Shown here in pieces: positions 1-10,705 of a stretch of 64,000 bases of DNA. Source of the stretch: Thiotrichales bacterium (GTDB taxonomy: Bacteria; Pseudomonadota; Gammaproteobacteria; UWMA-0217). The stretch covers positions 15,270 through 79,269 of the forward strand of contig JBHJOI010000027.1 of the NCBI GenBank assembly GCA_050329935.1, in the 5' to 3' direction. Both the position numbers and the translations under genes were made by a program. Within the stretch, counting starts at the first letter, position 1, and the number at the start of each line of letters is the position of its first letter. The notes below the pieces were generated by a model. It did no database searches, was not told the origin of the DNA, and worked only from the letters and a program-made list of their open reading frames with translations.

Positions 1-1872
1 CAATCGCTCGGGCGCGTAGGCGGATTTGATCCCGGCGAATACGTTGCGGGTCTCGTCGCCGAGGTCGAGCGTCAGACGCACCAGTTTGTCGGCGCCTTCG
101 ACCGCTTCGGCGTGGATGATGCGCGCGACTCGCAGATCGACCTTGGCGAAGTCCTCGATGCTGATTTCGGGTGCGATCGGGCTGATTTCCATTGGTTTGG
201 GCGTGGCGGCGGGCGGGGCCGACGGTTTGAGATGCGCTTGCGAGGACTCGACGATCGCGGTGAGTTTGTCGGATTCGATCCGGGTCAGCAGCGGGGTGTA
301 GGACTCGATCGCGTGATCAAGCAGCGGCGTTTCGAGGTCGCTCCAGGATTGTGGGTCGAGTCCGAGGAATCGTTCGGAATTGGCGGCGGTGATCGGCAGC
401 ACCGGCTTGAGGTAGACGATCAGCGCCCGGAACAGGTTGAGCCCCATGCTGCAAACCGCGTGCGCGGCGCTCGCGTGGTCGGGATCCTTGATCAATACCC
501 AGGGTTTGCGTTCGTCGATGTAGTGGTTGGCACGATCGGCGAGGGCCATGATTTCGCGCATGGCTTGCGAGTACTCACGCGCGTCGTAGCGGGCCGCGAT
601 GCTCGCGCCGGCGGCTACGAATTCGCCGTAGAGCGCGGGTTCCGCCAGCTCGGCGGCCAGGCGGCCGTCGAAGCGCTTGGTGATGAATCCGGCGCAGCGC
701 GAGGCGATGTTGACCAGTTTGCCGACCAGGTCGCTGTTGACCCGGGCCTGGAAGTCCTCGAGGTTGAGGTCGATGTCGTCGACTCCGGCACCGAGTTTGG
801 CTGCGAAGTAATAGCGCAGGTACTCGGGGTCGAGATGATCGAGGTAGGTGCGGGCCTTGATGAAGGTGCCGCGCGACTTCGACATCTTCTGGCCGTTGAC
901 CGTGAGAAAGCCGTGACAGTAGACCGCGGTCGGCGTGCGAAATCCGCCCGCGTGCAGCATCGCCGGCCAGAACAGCGTATGGAAATAGGCAATGTCCTTG
1001 CCGATGAAATGGTAGACCTCGGTGGTGGCGCCCGGCCGCCAGTAGGCGTCGAAGTCGAGTCCGGTGCGGTCGCAGAGGTTTTTGAAGCTCGCCATGTAGC
1101 CAATCGGCGCGTCCAGCCAGACATAGAAATATTTGCCGGGTGCGTCGGGGATCTCGAAGCCCCAATAAGGCGCGTCGCGCGAGATATCCCAGTCGGACAA
1201 CCCGGCTGTGAACCATTCGTCGAGCTTGTTGGCGATCTCCGGTTGCACATGTCCGCCGCGGGTCCAGTCGCGCAACATGCCCTCGAAGTGCCCCAGCTGG
1301 AAAAAATAATGCTCGGATTCGCGTTGTATCGGGGTTGCGCCTGATATCACCGAAACGGCATTGTTCAGGTCGGTGGGGGCATAGGTGGCACCGCAGACCT
1401 CGCAGGAATCGCCGTATTGGTCCTTCGCCCCGCACTTCGGGCAATCGCCTTTGATGAAACGATCCGGCAGAAACATCCCGGCTTCGGGGTCGTAGGCCTG
1501 CATGATCGCGCGTTTCGCGATATGACCCTGATCCCGGGCGCGGGTGTAGATCCACTCGGCGAAGTAACGATTCTCGGGCGAGTGGGTGCTGTGGTAATTG
1601 TCAAAACGAATCTGGAACTCCGCGAAATCGGCGCGGTGCTCCTGTCCGATACGCTCGATCAGCGCCTCGGGTGATATGCCTTCTTGTTGCGCGCGCAGCA
1701 TGATCGGCGTGCCATGGGCGTCGTCGGCGCAGACATAGATGCAGTCGTGGCCGCGCAAACGCTGGAACCGCGCCCAGATATCGGTCTGGATGTACTCGAC
1801 CATGTGCCCAAGGTGGATGGGTCCGTTGGCGTAGGGCAGGGCGCTGGTGACGAGGATTTTTCGCGAGGCCAT
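1..1872 (-). CDS. metG: Methionyl-tRNA synthetase, 3'-partial (C-terminus runs off the window; about 624 codons present)
   Basis: Minus-strand translation from CAT at 1870-1872 reads [24 protein letters not shown]...KMSKS... with HIGH-like and KMSKS class I motifs, and the C-terminal tRNA-binding region begins near the edge. In-frame stop just upstream of the ATG. Absent from the ORF track only because no stop lies inside the window. The plus-strand 112..1344 ORF is its antisense artefact. Confidence 0.9.
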   Translation of the reverse strand, partial: MASRKILVTSALPYANGPIHLGHMVEYIQTDIWARFQRLRGHDCIYVCADDAHGTPIMLRAQQEGISPEALIERIGQEHRADFAEFQIRFDNYHSTHSPENRYFAEWIYTRARDQGHIAKRAIMQAYDPEAGMFLPDRFIKGDCPKCGAKDQYGDSCEVCGATYAPTDLNNAVSVISGATPIQRESEHYFFQLGHFEGMLRDWTRGGHVQPEIANKLDEWFTAGLSDWDISRDAPYWGFEIPDAPGKYFYVWLDAPIGYMASFKNLCDRTGLDFDAYWRPGATTEVYHFIGKDIAYFHTLFWPAMLHAGGFRTPTAVYCHGFLTVNGQKMSKSRGTFIKARTYLDHLDPEYLRYYFAAKLGAGVDDIDLNLEDFQARVNSDLVGKLVNIASRCAGFITKRFDGRLAAELAEPALYGEFVAAGASIAARYDAREYSQAMREIMALADRANHYIDERKPWVLIKDPDHASAAHAVCSMGLNLFRALIVYLKPVLPITAANSERFLGLDPQSWSDLETPLLDHAIESYTPLLTRIESDKLTAIVESSQAHLKPSAPPAATPKPMEISPIAPEISIEDFAKVDLRVARIIHAEAVEGADKLVRLTLDLGDETRNVFAGIKSAYAPERL

Positions 1873-2028
1873 GGTGAGGTTGGGCGTGTGCTTCGATGGG
1901 GGGTTAAGTTAACAGATTTGACCCCCAGCGACATCCGCGCCGGATTCGCTCCGGCGAAAGAACTGGACTCACGCAATTTGACCTCGCCTTGCTCAGGCCG
2001 CGCGCCAAGCCTTGCTTCCCGTCGCGGG

Positions 2029-2382
2029 TCAAGCTTGGGCGTCGAAGGCGTTCGGTAGCCAATCAAGTTGTCCATCGCCCGAAACGGCGACGACATCGAA
2101 GCGGCAGGGCGAGTTGATACGCCGCGTTTGCAGGTAGACCAGCCCAGTGCGTGTCAGACGCTGCTGCTTGGTGCGGTCGACGCTCGCGGCAGAGCCACCG
2201 AACCGGGCATTCTTGCGGTAGCGTACTTCAACGAATACCAGACTGTCGCCGTCGCGCATGATCAGGTCGATCTCGCCGAAACGGCTACGGAAATTCGCTT
2301 CGATCAGGCTCAATCCGGCGGCGCGCAGGTGCGCGAGCGCGGCTTTCTCCGCTTCGTCACCGCGCTGGCGGGTTGTGGTCAC
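2029..2382 (-). CDS. yraN: YraN/UPF0102 family endonuclease-like protein
   Basis: C-terminal 118 aa of ORF 2029..2679 (EAEKAALAHLRAAGLSLIEANFRSRFGEIDLIMRDGDSLVFVEVRYRKN...) match the YraN family. The N-terminal part of that ORF overlaps lpoA. A GTG at 2380-2382 overlaps the lpoA TGA as GTGA. lpoA-yraN synteny is as in E. coli and Pseudomonas. Confidence 0.7.
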   Translation of the reverse strand: MTTTRQRGDEAEKAALAHLRAAGLSLIEANFRSRFGEIDLIMRDGDSLVFVEVRYRKNARFGGSAASVDRTKQQRLTRTGLVYLQTRRINSPCRFDVVAVSGDGQLDWLPNAFDAQA

Positions 2383-4181
2383 GGCTTCGGTTGAATCGCC
2401 AGCTCGCCCTGGTAGGCAACCGGCGTGCCGCCGCGGAACTGCGCGTAACTCACCTGACGGTGCAAGCGTTGTTGTTCGTTGAGGACGATCGCGCCCGACA
2501 GGCCGTAGTGCAGGATGTCGCCGCTGGCGGGCGGACGCGGCTGTAACTGCAACGCAAGCAAAATGCTGTCGAAGCCGAACGCGAACAGACGGGGTTGCTG
2601 GCGTGCGCGCGGACTCAGGTCGTGCGGTGTCGGGAGCCTGAGGTTGGGGTCGACTGCCTGCGCCTGACCGATCAGCCAAGGGATCTCGGTGAAAATCGTG
2701 CCGTCTAGATAGCTGTCCTCGACGGGTTGTGGCATTCCCGAGTAAAGATGGGATGTCGCGAATACCGGAGTCTGCCCCAGGTTGTAGTGCTTGAGCTGGT
2801 TCTTCAGCTGACGCGCCTGGCGCGGCGTGGCGGCCATGAACACGGCGAGGTCGGCCGTGACGTTGGCAGGGTCACTGCCGAGATCGCGCAGGAAGATGGA
2901 AAAGTCGTCGATGCTGTCGTCGTAGGTATTTGTCGTGACAAGGGTGCCGCCAAGTTGCCGAAAGGCCGCGGAAAAAGCGCTCGCGATTCGGTCGCCCCAT
3001 TCACTTTCCGGCGTCAGCATATGCACGCGTTGGCGTTCGCTGGCTATCACCAGGCGCGCGGCTTGTTCGGCTTCATCCTCGGGCAGCAGGGCGAATTGAT
3101 AGAGATTGCGGTTGATCGTCCCGCCGTCGCGACCGAAGTTGAGTGTCAGCACGGGCACCCTCAGTTCATGCGCGGCGAGCGCGTCGACCTGGGCTTTGTC
3201 GAGCGGGCCGAGGATCCATTCCGCGCCATCGTTCACCGCTTGTTGATATACGCTTTGGATGCTATGCCCGGAGGCACTGTCGTGGAAGCGCAGCGTCGTG
3301 GCTTTGAGCGCGGGATGCCGATCCATCGCCGACTCGATGCCTTCGCGAATCACGATTCCGACACCTTGCAAGGCGCCACTGAGCGGCAATAGAACGCCAA
3401 TCTTGCCGATCTGGCCGCGCACCGGCGCGACGTTGGCCTCGCGCAGCGACTGGATGCGATTACCGAGGGCGGCTGGGTGGTTCGCGAAGTCGGCCTGCCA
3501 GCGATCCAGCGCGGAGCCGCGTGACTCCGGCGCGGCGGCGGTGGATTTGACGATGTAGGTGAGTTCAACCCAGCCACGCGTGAGCGGGTTGAGCCGCTCT
3601 CCCAGCCATTTCGAGAGGTCGGGCGTTGACAGCGCCAGCAGTTGTTGCCAGACCTGGTCGCTATCGTTGGTCGCTCGCGAACCGCCGTAGCGTTCGATCA
3701 TGAGTTCGGTTTGGGCGCGAAGGTTGCCGCGTTTCTGTTGCGCCTCGGTCAGTAGCGCGACGATCTCCTTGTCGAGCGACGCGGGCAGTTGAGTTCGCGG
3801 AAAGTCGAGCAAGCGAATGACCTCGGCGAAGTCTTGGCGGGTTCTCGCGATGCGGGCCGAGATCATACGCGTGCGTGCGCGAGTGGCCGGGTCGAGTTGA
3901 GCTTCGTTGATGGCCCGTATGCTGCGTTCGGCACTGGCCGCGTTTCCGCCGAGCCAGGCCATCTCCGCCGCCTTCGCCCGTAGGAGGTCGGCATCGGCTG
4001 GACGTCCTTGCCGAGCCGCGGCTTCGTAGGCTTCACTCGCGCGCACGTAGTCCCGCTCCTTTTCCAGGGCGATCGCCTGGCGCTCCAGATCGCTACTTGG
4101 ACGAGTACCCGGCGTGGTCTGGCACGCGGCGAGCGCGAGTAGCGCCACTGTACAGCACAGGAGGTGTTGAATACGCTTCAT
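2379..4181 (-). CDS. lpoA: Penicillin-binding protein activator LpoA (outer-membrane lipoprotein)
   Basis: 600 aa. Lipoprotein signal MKRIQHLLCCTVALLALAAC, N-terminal TPR-like region and C-terminal periplasmic-binding-protein-like domain. Divergent from rsmI as in E. coli and Pseudomonas. Confidence 0.8.
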   Translation of the reverse strand: MKRIQHLLCCTVALLALAACQTTPGTRPSSDLERQAIALEKERDYVRASEAYEAAARQGRPADADLLRAKAAEMAWLGGNAASAERSIRAINEAQLDPATRARTRMISARIARTRQDFAEVIRLLDFPRTQLPASLDKEIVALLTEAQQKRGNLRAQTELMIERYGGSRATNDSDQVWQQLLALSTPDLSKWLGERLNPLTRGWVELTYIVKSTAAAPESRGSALDRWQADFANHPAALGNRIQSLREANVAPVRGQIGKIGVLLPLSGALQGVGIVIREGIESAMDRHPALKATTLRFHDSASGHSIQSVYQQAVNDGAEWILGPLDKAQVDALAAHELRVPVLTLNFGRDGGTINRNLYQFALLPEDEAEQAARLVIASERQRVHMLTPESEWGDRIASAFSAAFRQLGGTLVTTNTYDDSIDDFSIFLRDLGSDPANVTADLAVFMAATPRQARQLKNQLKHYNLGQTPVFATSHLYSGMPQPVEDSYLDGTIFTEIPWLIGQAQAVDPNLRLPTPHDLSPRARQQPRLFAFGFDSILLALQLQPRPPASGDILHYGLSGAIVLNEQQRLHRQVSYAQFRGGTPVAYQGELAIQPKP

Positions 4182-4222
4182 CAGGCAAAGATCGCACCAA
4201 GAACTAACATGAACGTATTGTA

Positions 4223-5098
4223 ATGGAGCAAGAACTGGCTGTCTTGAACGATGGCGCGGGCCTGACGGGTGTCCTTTGGGTCGTCGCGACCCCGATCGGC
4301 AATCTGGGGGATCTCTCGGCGCGCGCCATCGAGACCTTGCGCGCGGTGGCCTTGATCGCGGCGGAAGACACCCGCCAGACCGCCAAACTCCTCGCGCATC
4401 TCGGCCTGCGTAAGACCCTTCTAAGTCTGCATGGATTTAACGAAACGCAACAAATCGAGCCGGTTTTGGCGCGATTGCGCGCGGGCGAACACGTCGCACT
4501 GGTATCCGACGCGGGAACGCCGCTGATCAGCGATCCTGGATTCGCACTGATCCGCGCGGTGCATCTAGCGGGGTTGCGGGTTTCGCCAATCCCCGGCGCG
4601 AGCGCGTTGACCGCCGCGCTGTCGGTGGCGGGCATCCCTTGTGCCAGGTTCGCGTTCGAGGGCTTTTTACCCGCCCGGAGCGCGGCTCGACGCGCGGCGC
4701 TGCAAGTTCTGGAACAGGAATCGCGCACGCTAGTGTTCTACGAGGCGCCGCATCGTATTGTCGACGCCCTGTGTGACATGTTGGAGGTTTTTGGACCCGA
4801 GCGTGAGGTGGCATTGGCACGCGAGCTGACCAAGTTGTTTGAGGAGGTCAATCGCGACACGTTGGCGGCGCAGGTACGTTGGGTCGAAGCGGATCCGAAT
4901 CGGCAACGTGGCGAATACGTCGTGATCGTGAGTGGACATGATGGGGCATCGGACGCCGCTGCCAACCAGGATGTGGATCGCCAATTGCAGGTGTTGCTGG
5001 AGGAGCTGCCGTTGAAGCAGGCAGTCAAGCTCGCGGCACGTCTAACCGGGGTCCCGCGCAATGAATTGTACCAGCGTGCGTTGGCGCTACGCGGCTGA
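4223..5098 (+). CDS. rsmI: 16S rRNA (cytidine1402-2'-O)-methyltransferase
   Basis: 291 aa. [34 protein letters not shown] matches the RsmI/tetrapyrrole-methylase fold; position divergent from lpoA. Confidence 0.9.
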   Translation: MEQELAVLNDGAGLTGVLWVVATPIGNLGDLSARAIETLRAVALIAAEDTRQTAKLLAHLGLRKTLLSLHGFNETQQIEPVLARLRAGEHVALVSDAGTPLISDPGFALIRAVHLAGLRVSPIPGASALTAALSVAGIPCARFAFEGFLPARSAARRAALQVLEQESRTLVFYEAPHRIVDALCDMLEVFGPEREVALARELTKLFEEVNRDTLAAQVRWVEADPNRQRGEYVVIVSGHDGASDAAANQDVDRQLQVLLEELPLKQAVKLAARLTGVPRNELYQRALALRG

Positions 5099-5142
5099 GA
5101 TTGCGCTGGCGATGCGTCAGCAATGATGAGAGTATCCGCGCC

Positions 5143-5490
<348 letters not shown>

Positions 5491-5732
5491 CCTCTTTATC
5501 TCCTCCCCATTCGTCGTGCCTCCATGCGAGGCGCTTCTGCGTCCCGGAATGCGCCCCTTGGCGCGGGCAGTGATCGAAATTTCGTGAGGCATTGGATTAA
5601 AAGTTGCCTCTAAAAAGCTGAAATATATTAATTTTGTGAACTACTTGCAGGGTTCGCACGAACCGCCCGTGCGTGGTTTCGTAAGTCATTGTGACAACAC
5701 ATAAAAATAGCTAAGCGCGGGCGTGGTTTCCC

Positions 5733-5762
5733 TTGACAGTGTGACGTAGTGCTTCCTATAGT
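5733..5762 (+). promoter_or_regulatory. Sigma70-type promoter for the dcw cluster (Pmra): -35 TTGACA, 18-bp spacer, -10 TATAGT
   Basis: TTGACA at 5733-5738 and TATAGT at 5757-5762 in an AT-rich stretch about 60 bp upstream of mraZ. Confidence 0.6.
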
Positions 5763-5770
5763 GTATGAGA

Positions 5771-5810
5771 GTGGGACGAAGTGGAAAAATGTAGGGTCAA
5801 GTGGGTTAGC
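5771..5810 (+). promoter_or_regulatory. MraZ operator: four direct repeats with 10-bp periodicity (GTGGGacgaa GTGGAaaaat GTAGGgtcaa GTGGGttagc)
   Basis: Four consecutive 10-mers each beginning GTGGG/GTGGA/GTAGG lie between the -10 and the mraZ start. They match the TGGGN direct-repeat operator bound by E. coli MraZ. Confidence 0.65.
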
Positions 5811-5820
5811 GGTGTAACGA

Positions 5821-6273
5821 GTGTTTCGAGGGGTTTCCAATCTCGTGCTGGACGATAAGAGTCGTCTCTCGATACCCGCGCGGTATCGCGACGAGATTAT
5901 GGCCGCCTGCGAGGGCAACCTGATCGTGACGGTCGATCGCGATAAATGCCTGCTGATCTACCCGTTCCCGGAATGGCAGCGCATCGAGGAACGGTTGATG
6001 TCGCGCCCCAACATGGAGCCCAGCGTGCGCAAGTTACAGCGGTTGATGGTGGGATACGCCACCGAATGCGAGTTAAGTGCACAAAGCCGGATTTTGATTC
6101 CGGAGCCGCTGCGGGTCTTCGCCGAACTCGACAGGCGTGTTGTGCTGGTAGGTCAGGGCAAGCGGTTCGAGCTATGGAACGAACAGCGCTGGAGCGTGCA
6201 GTGCGACGAGTATCTGCGCGAGGCGGCGAATGACGAGGTGATGAGCGAGGCGATCGCCTCGCTGTCGATCTGA
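5821..6273 (+). CDS. mraZ: Transcriptional regulator MraZ
   Basis: 150 aa, GTG start. MFRGVSNLVLDDKSRLSIPARYR aligns with E. coli MraZ [23 protein letters not shown]. Confidence 0.93.
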   Translation: MFRGVSNLVLDDKSRLSIPARYRDEIMAACEGNLIVTVDRDKCLLIYPFPEWQRIEERLMSRPNMEPSVRKLQRLMVGYATECELSAQSRILIPEPLRVFAELDRRVVLVGQGKRFELWNEQRWSVQCDEYLREAANDEVMSEAIASLSI

Positions 6274-6283
6274 GCCGAACCGG

Positions 6284-7213
6284 ATGACGCACGTCCCGGT
6301 GCTGCTTGATGAGGCGGTCGAGGCGCTCGCGCCGCGCCGCGATGGCTGGTATCTCGATGCGACGTTCGGGCGAGGCGGTCACACTGCGGCGATTCTCGAA
6401 CATCTGGGCCCGGCGGGGCGGTTGTACGCGATGGATCGTGATGGCGAGGCGGCCGGCGCCGCTTTGCAGCGGTTCGGCGACGATGGTCGGTTTAAGTTTT
6501 GCAGGGACAGCTTTGCAGGGATGGCGGAGTTTTTGAGCAGTCAGGGTGTCATGGGTTCGCTCTCGGGGGTACTGATGGATCTCGGGGTGTCTTCGCCACA
6601 GTTGGATCATCCGCGCCGCGGTTTCAGCTTTCGCGCGGACGGCCCTCTCGACATGCGGATGGACACCTCGGTAGGGATCACTGCGGCGCAATGGCTGGCG
6701 CAAGCGGACGAACGACGTATCGCGCAGGTGTTGTTCGAGTATGGCGAGGAACGCTACGCGCGGCGGATCGCCCGAGCGATTGTCGCGGCCCGTGCCGATG
6801 CGCCGATCGAAACGACTCGCCAGTTGGCGGAGTTGATCGGTCAGGCGGTTCCGCGCCGCGAGCACAACAAGGATCCCGCGACCCGCGCCTTTCAGGCGCT
6901 GCGCATTGAAATCAATAACGAATTAAACGAGTTGCAACAGGGATTGGCGTCGGCATTGGAAGCCTTGGCTTTGGGAGGTCGATTGGTGGTTATTAGCTTT
7001 CACTCGTTGGAAGACCGATTGGTCAAGCATTTCATGCGCGGGCATGCGCGTGAAAAGCCCGTATTCACGCGCTCGGGCGAGTTGCTGCCCATGGTCGGCG
7101 GCGCCTTGCGTCTGAAGTTGATTGGCAAGCCGATCAGGCCGTCGGCGATCGAGATCAAAGGTAATCCCCGGGCGCGCAGCGCCGTGTTGCGCGTGGCGGA
7201 GAAGCTGGCATGA
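6284..7213 (+). CDS. rsmH: 16S rRNA m4C1402 methyltransferase RsmH (MraW)
   Basis: 309 aa. HVPVLLDEAVEAL...GWYLDATFGRGGHT SAM-methyltransferase motif. Confidence 0.95.
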   Translation: MTHVPVLLDEAVEALAPRRDGWYLDATFGRGGHTAAILEHLGPAGRLYAMDRDGEAAGAALQRFGDDGRFKFCRDSFAGMAEFLSSQGVMGSLSGVLMDLGVSSPQLDHPRRGFSFRADGPLDMRMDTSVGITAAQWLAQADERRIAQVLFEYGEERYARRIARAIVAARADAPIETTRQLAELIGQAVPRREHNKDPATRAFQALRIEINNELNELQQGLASALEALALGGRLVVISFHSLEDRLVKHFMRGHAREKPVFTRSGELLPMVGGALRLKLIGKPIRPSAIEIKGNPRARSAVLRVAEKLA

Positions 7214-7479
7214 AGTGGCAGATCGGCGCGGTCGCGGTGATCGGTGTGTTGGTTCTACTCAGCGCGCTGGGCGTGGTGACCGCCAAGCACGAACACCGTA
7301 AGCAGTTTCATCTGATGGCGCAGCAGGACCGATTGCGCGATCAGCTTGAGATCGAGTGGCGCCAGTTGCTACTCGAACAGCGTACCCACGCCAAACACGA
7401 CCGAATTGAAAGCGAGGCGGCACGCAAGCTTTCCATGAAAATCCCCCGCATGGGCGATACCGTGATGGTGCTGCGATGA
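7210..7479 (+). CDS. ftsL: Cell division protein FtsL
   Basis: 89 aa, single N-terminal TM helix then coiled coil. ATGA overlap with the rsmH stop and with the ftsI start. Confidence 0.85.
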   Translation: MKWQIGAVAVIGVLVLLSALGVVTAKHEHRKQFHLMAQQDRLRDQLEIEWRQLLLEQRTHAKHDRIESEAARKLSMKIPRMGDTVMVLR

Positions 7480-9197
7480 GTGAGCCCGGTAGCCAGACCC
7501 AGAGTTACCCGATGCGGCGCGTGGTCGTTTTCGCGGTGTTCCTGGCGGGCATGATCGCGCTGGCACTGCGCGCGCTCGAGCTACAGGTTCTGCAGCACGA
7601 TTTTCTGCAAGAGATGGGCGACGCCCGGCATTTGCGCGTGGTGCACACGCCCGCGCTGCGTGGAATGATCACGGACCGACATGGTGAGCCGTTGGCGGTA
7701 TCGGCACCCGTCGATTCGATCTGGATCAATCCGCTCGAATACAGCGCGACACAGGAACAGGTGACGCGGCTGGCGACCTTGCTCGACATGCGAGCGGTCG
7801 ATCTCAATAGTCGTATTCGCGAGCGTGGCGAGCGCGAGTTCGTCTACATCAAGCGCCATATCTCGCCCGAGCTCGCGGCGCAAATAAAAGCGCTGGGTGT
7901 CGCCGGGCTCAATGTGCAGCGCGAGTACCGACGCTACTATCCGATGCTCGATATCGCGTCGCATGTGGTGGGGTTCACCAATATCGACGATATCGGTCAG
8001 GAAGGCATGGAGCTGACCTACAACGACTGGCTGAGCGGCGAGCCGGGCGCCAAGCGCGTGATCAAGGATCGGCGCGGTCTGATCATCGGCGACGTGGAGC
8101 TGATCCGGCAGGCGCGCCCGGGCAATGATCTGCGGCTGAGTATCGACGGGTATCTGCAGTATCTGGCTTACAGCGAACTGCGCAATGCGGTCCGCAAGTT
8201 CAACGCCGAGTCCGGATCGGTCGTCGTGCTGGATCCCCACAACGGCGAGATCTTGGCGATGGTGAATCAGCCGGGATACAACCCCAACAACCGAGCCGAA
8301 CTCAAGCCGGAGTTGTTCCTCAATCGCGCTGTCAAGGACTTGTTTGAGCCGGGTTCGACGGCAAAGCCGTTCACGATCGCCGCCGCGGTCGACAGCAACG
8401 TCTTTCAGTACAACAGTAAACTGAACACCAACCCAGGTTCCTATGCGATTCCAGGTCACGTCATCAAGGACAAGAACAATCTGGGTGTGATCGACATGAC
8501 GACCGTCATAAGCAAGTCGAGCAACGTCGGCGCGGCGATGGTCGCGATGAAGGTGCCGTCCGAACAGCTGTGGCATGCCTTTCACGATTTTGGATTCGGA
8601 CAGCGCACGCAGAGCCATTTCCCAGGCGAGGAAGCGGGGTTCCTGCGCGACTTCACCGGTTGGTATCCGGCGGATAAGGCGACTCTTTCGTATGGCTACG
8701 GGTTCTCGGTGACGTCGTTGCAATTGGCTCAAGCGTATGCGGTGCTGGCGGCGGACGGCGTATTTCGACCGGTCACCTTCATCGCCGGCATGCCGCCGCG
8801 CGAGGAGCGCCAGGTCGTGAGCGCGGAGACCGCGCGTGCGGTGCGCCGAATGATGCAGAAGGTTGTTTCACCCGAGGGGACCGGGTACCGCGCCTCGGTC
8901 GAGGGCTATCGCGTCGCCGGCAAGACCGGCACCGCCAAAAAGGCGGCCGCCGGCGGCTACGGCGACGAATATCAAGCGGTTTTTGCCGGCATGGTTCCGG
9001 CTGACCAACCGCGCCTGGTCGCGGTGGTGATGATCAATGAGCCCAAGGGCGGGCAGTACTACGGCGGCGATGTAGCGGCGCCGGTTTTCGCCAACATCAT
9101 GGCGGGCGCGTTGCGCCAGTTCAACATTCCTCCCAACGACCTGCCTGGCCAACGCATCGACGAGATTCGAGTGGCGGCCACGGGTGACAGCCAGTGA
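7476..9197 (+). CDS. ftsI: Peptidoglycan D,D-transpeptidase FtsI (PBP3)
   Basis: 573 aa. Transpeptidase motifs STAKP, SSN (KSSNVG) and KTGTA are present. Confidence 0.95.
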   Translation: MSEPGSQTQSYPMRRVVVFAVFLAGMIALALRALELQVLQHDFLQEMGDARHLRVVHTPALRGMITDRHGEPLAVSAPVDSIWINPLEYSATQEQVTRLATLLDMRAVDLNSRIRERGEREFVYIKRHISPELAAQIKALGVAGLNVQREYRRYYPMLDIASHVVGFTNIDDIGQEGMELTYNDWLSGEPGAKRVIKDRRGLIIGDVELIRQARPGNDLRLSIDGYLQYLAYSELRNAVRKFNAESGSVVVLDPHNGEILAMVNQPGYNPNNRAELKPELFLNRAVKDLFEPGSTAKPFTIAAAVDSNVFQYNSKLNTNPGSYAIPGHVIKDKNNLGVIDMTTVISKSSNVGAAMVAMKVPSEQLWHAFHDFGFGQRTQSHFPGEEAGFLRDFTGWYPADKATLSYGYGFSVTSLQLAQAYAVLAADGVFRPVTFIAGMPPREERQVVSAETARAVRRMMQKVVSPEGTGYRASVEGYRVAGKTGTAKKAAAGGYGDEYQAVFAGMVPADQPRLVAVVMINEPKGGQYYGGDVAAPVFANIMAGALRQFNIPPNDLPGQRIDEIRVAATGDSQ

Positions 9198-10705
9198 ACG
9201 CGCGGGTGAGCCCAATGTCCGACCCGAGACTGAGCGAATTGCTGAATGGGATTATCGAGTTGCCCGCGAGTTTCGACCGGCCGGTGCGCGGGTTGGCGCT
9301 CGACAGTCGCGACGTTCGGCCGGGCTCGCTGTTTTTTGCGACCCGCGGCACGCAGCGGCACGGCATCGAGTTCGCGCGGGCCGCCGTCGACGCGGGCGCG
9401 ATCGCGGTGCTGTGGGACCCCGATCCCGAACTCGCGCCACTGCTCGATGCACTGACAGTGCCGGTTATCGCCGTGGCGGATCTAGGGCAGCGACTCGGGG
9501 CGATCGCCGAACGCTTCCATGGGGGGCCGTCACGTCATTTGCAGGTCGTCGGCGTCACGGGCACCAACGGCAAGACCTCGGTCGCGCATTTTCTGGCGCA
9601 ACTGTTGGATCAGCCGCCGCTGCGCTGCGGGTTCATCGGCACGCTCGGCGCTGGCCTCTACGGTGAATTGGCGCCCGGGACCCACACCACCCCGGACGCC
9701 ATTCAGGTGCATCGCATTCTGGCCGACTTCGTGACCCGCGGCGCTGCCTGCGCGGCGATGGAGGTCTCCTCGCACGCACTCGACCAAGGGCGCGTCAATG
9801 GCGTCCGCTTCGAAATTGGTGTGTTCACCAATCTCACTCGCGACCATCTTGACTATCACGGTGACATGGCACGCTACGCCGCGGCGAAACGTAGTTTCTT
9901 CTTTCGCCACCGCCCCCGCTTTGCCGTGCTCAATGCCGACGACCCGATTGGGCGGCAGTGGCTGGAATCGCTGCCGACCGTCGTCGAACCCTTGGCCTAC
10001 TCGCTGCACGGACCGGTCGCTGGCTTTCCGACGCTGACCGTGAGCGAATGGCAATTGACCAGCCAGGGGATGCAACTCGAGATCGAGTCGCCCTGGGGGC
10101 GGGCGCATGTCGCGAGCCCTTTGCTAGGCGCGTTCAACGCCTCGAATTTGCTCGCGGCGCTCGGCGCGTTGTTGTTGTTGGGCAAGTCGCTGCCCGAGGC
10201 AGCGGCGCGCTTGTCGCATGTGCGACCGCCGCCGGGGCGCATGGAATGCCTGGGCGGTGGAACGTTGCCGCTGGTCGTGATCGATTATGCGCATACGCCG
10301 GATGCGCTTGAGAAGACGTTGCAGGCATTGCGCGCGCATACCGCCGGACGCCTGATCTGCGTTTTTGGTTGCGGTGGTGACCGCGATCCAGGCAAGCGGC
10401 CGCTGATGGGGCGTAGCGCGGAGTCCTACGCGGACAGCGGCATCATCACTGACGATAACCCGCGCGGCGAGGATCCAGCGGCAATCGCTCGCGCGATTCT
10501 CCAAGGGCAACACGACACGCGGCAAATGCCCGTTATCCATGATCGGCGGGTGGCGATCCGCGCGGCGTTGGCCGACGCACGGGCCGGTGACACGGTCCTG
10601 ATCGCCGGCAAGGGGCATGAGAGCTACCAGATCGTCGGACGTGACAGCCGCCCGTTCTCGGACCGCGCCGTCGTCACCGAATGGCTCGTGGAGGTCTCGC
10701 GATGA
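9194..10705 (+). CDS. murE: UDP-N-acetylmuramoyl-L-alanyl-D-glutamate--2,6-diaminopimelate ligase
   Basis: 503 aa. Mur ligase P-loop GVTGTNGKTS and DNPR motif. GTG start overlaps the ftsI stop (GTGA); an alternative ATG lies 21 nt downstream. Confidence 0.93.
   Translation: MNARVSPMSDPRLSELLNGIIELPASFDRPVRGLALDSRDVRPGSLFFATRGTQRHGIEFARAAVDAGAIAVLWDPDPELAPLLDALTVPVIAVADLGQRLGAIAERFHGGPSRHLQVVGVTGTNGKTSVAHFLAQLLDQPPLRCGFIGTLGAGLYGELAPGTHTTPDAIQVHRILADFVTRGAACAAMEVSSHALDQGRVNGVRFEIGVFTNLTRDHLDYHGDMARYAAAKRSFFFRHRPRFAVLNADDPIGRQWLESLPTVVEPLAYSLHGPVAGFPTLTVSEWQLTSQGMQLEIESPWGRAHVASPLLGAFNASNLLAALGALLLLGKSLPEAAARLSHVRPPPGRMECLGGGTLPLVVIDYAHTPDALEKTLQALRAHTAGRLICVFGCGGDRDPGKRPLMGRSAESYADSGIITDDNPRGEDPAAIARAILQGQHDTRQMPVIHDRRVAIRAALADARAGDTVLIAGKGHESYQIVGRDSRPFSDRAVVTEWLVEVSR

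Noticed and set aside
112-1344. 410-aa plus-strand ORF and several other ORFs (575..1555 -, 615..1250 -) covering the first 1.9 kb
   Set aside because: Low-complexity Arg/Gly/Asp/Glu/Val-rich translations typical of wrong-frame or antisense reads in high-GC DNA. The minus-strand frame starting at 1872 gives an unmistakable MetG with HIGH/KMSKS motifs.
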